Below are positions 63,563 to 64,000 of a DNA stretch of 64,000 nt, piece by piece. The notes beneath the pieces were generated by a model. That model worked only from the letters and a program-made list of their open reading frames with translations. It had not been told where the DNA came from and made no database searches. The stretch spans positions 784,204,020 through 784,268,019 of the forward strand of contig NC_058130.1 in the NCBI RefSeq assembly GCF_016433145.1. Direction: 5' to 3'. The first letter of the stretch is position 1, and each line of letters begins with the position of its first letter. The translations under genes were made by a program, and so were the position numbers. This DNA comes from Gracilinanus agilis. Its lineage: Eukaryota.

Positions 63563-64000
63563 GTACACCATCTTTTTGTTTGGTTTTCTTTTTTTATTCT
63601 TGTTGGCAATCTAGAGTATGCGTGTGTGCGTGCATGTGTGTGTGCGTGTGTGGCACGTGTGGCACCACGGGATGCCCCGGGGGTACCTGGGGGTCTTCAG
63701 GGGGTCTGAGGAAGCCGGTCGGAGCAGCCCAGAACGCAGCCCTGGCTAGGCTCGGAGCTTTGCTAGACAGTGTAGGGAGGTGTGTGCGCGTGTGTGTGAC
63801 ACACACCCTGGTCGCTTCCTCCGGTTGGTGGTCACTCGCTCCTCTTAGGGAAATGGGACCAAAGGGCGGCCCGGCCCGTTCCCCCTTCTCGGGCCTGGGA
63901 GGGCAGATTCCACGGCGCATGCCCGAGAAAGGAGAGGTGCCGGCACGCTGGCCGCTGCCATGTTCCCCTTCCTGCTGGCGGCTGCACGGTTCGATGGTTC

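Noticed and set aside
62960-63614. Leu/Ser/Pro-rich and Glu/Arg/Gly-rich ORFs of 177-215 aa
   Set aside because: Translations of the CT-rich tract on both strands.

Overview
This is eukaryotic, GC-rich marsupial genomic DNA. The SINE1_Mdo-like, MAR1, L1 and L2 repeats point to a didelphid, probably Monodelphis, and there are three N-gaps. Four protein-coding genes are supported by exon-by-exon translation. (1) SLC7A4 (- strand): three coding exons; the last exon lies left of the window. (2) A complete 5-exon, 450-aa testis-type alpha-tubulin, TUBA3 (+). (3) A complete 3-exon MZT2 (-, 175 aa), tail-to-tail with TUBA3. (4) The first 318 codons of SMPD4 (+), head-to-head with MZT2. The strongest observations are in SMPD4: a U12-type minor intron with non-canonical GT...AT ends, a GC-AG intron about 0.8 kb upstream of it, and a uORF-laden leader. 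Also notable are a PRC1.6/NRF1/NF-Y germline-type motif cluster at TUBA3, an abrupt GC3 step inside TUBA3, a twin-primed 5'-inverted L1, three probable solo LTRs, a 1.7-kb TG...CA element with 21-bp terminal inverted repeats, and a hAT MITE. Comparisons with human proteins and gene order are recalled knowledge, not searches. No bacterial-type systems or CRISPR arrays are present.
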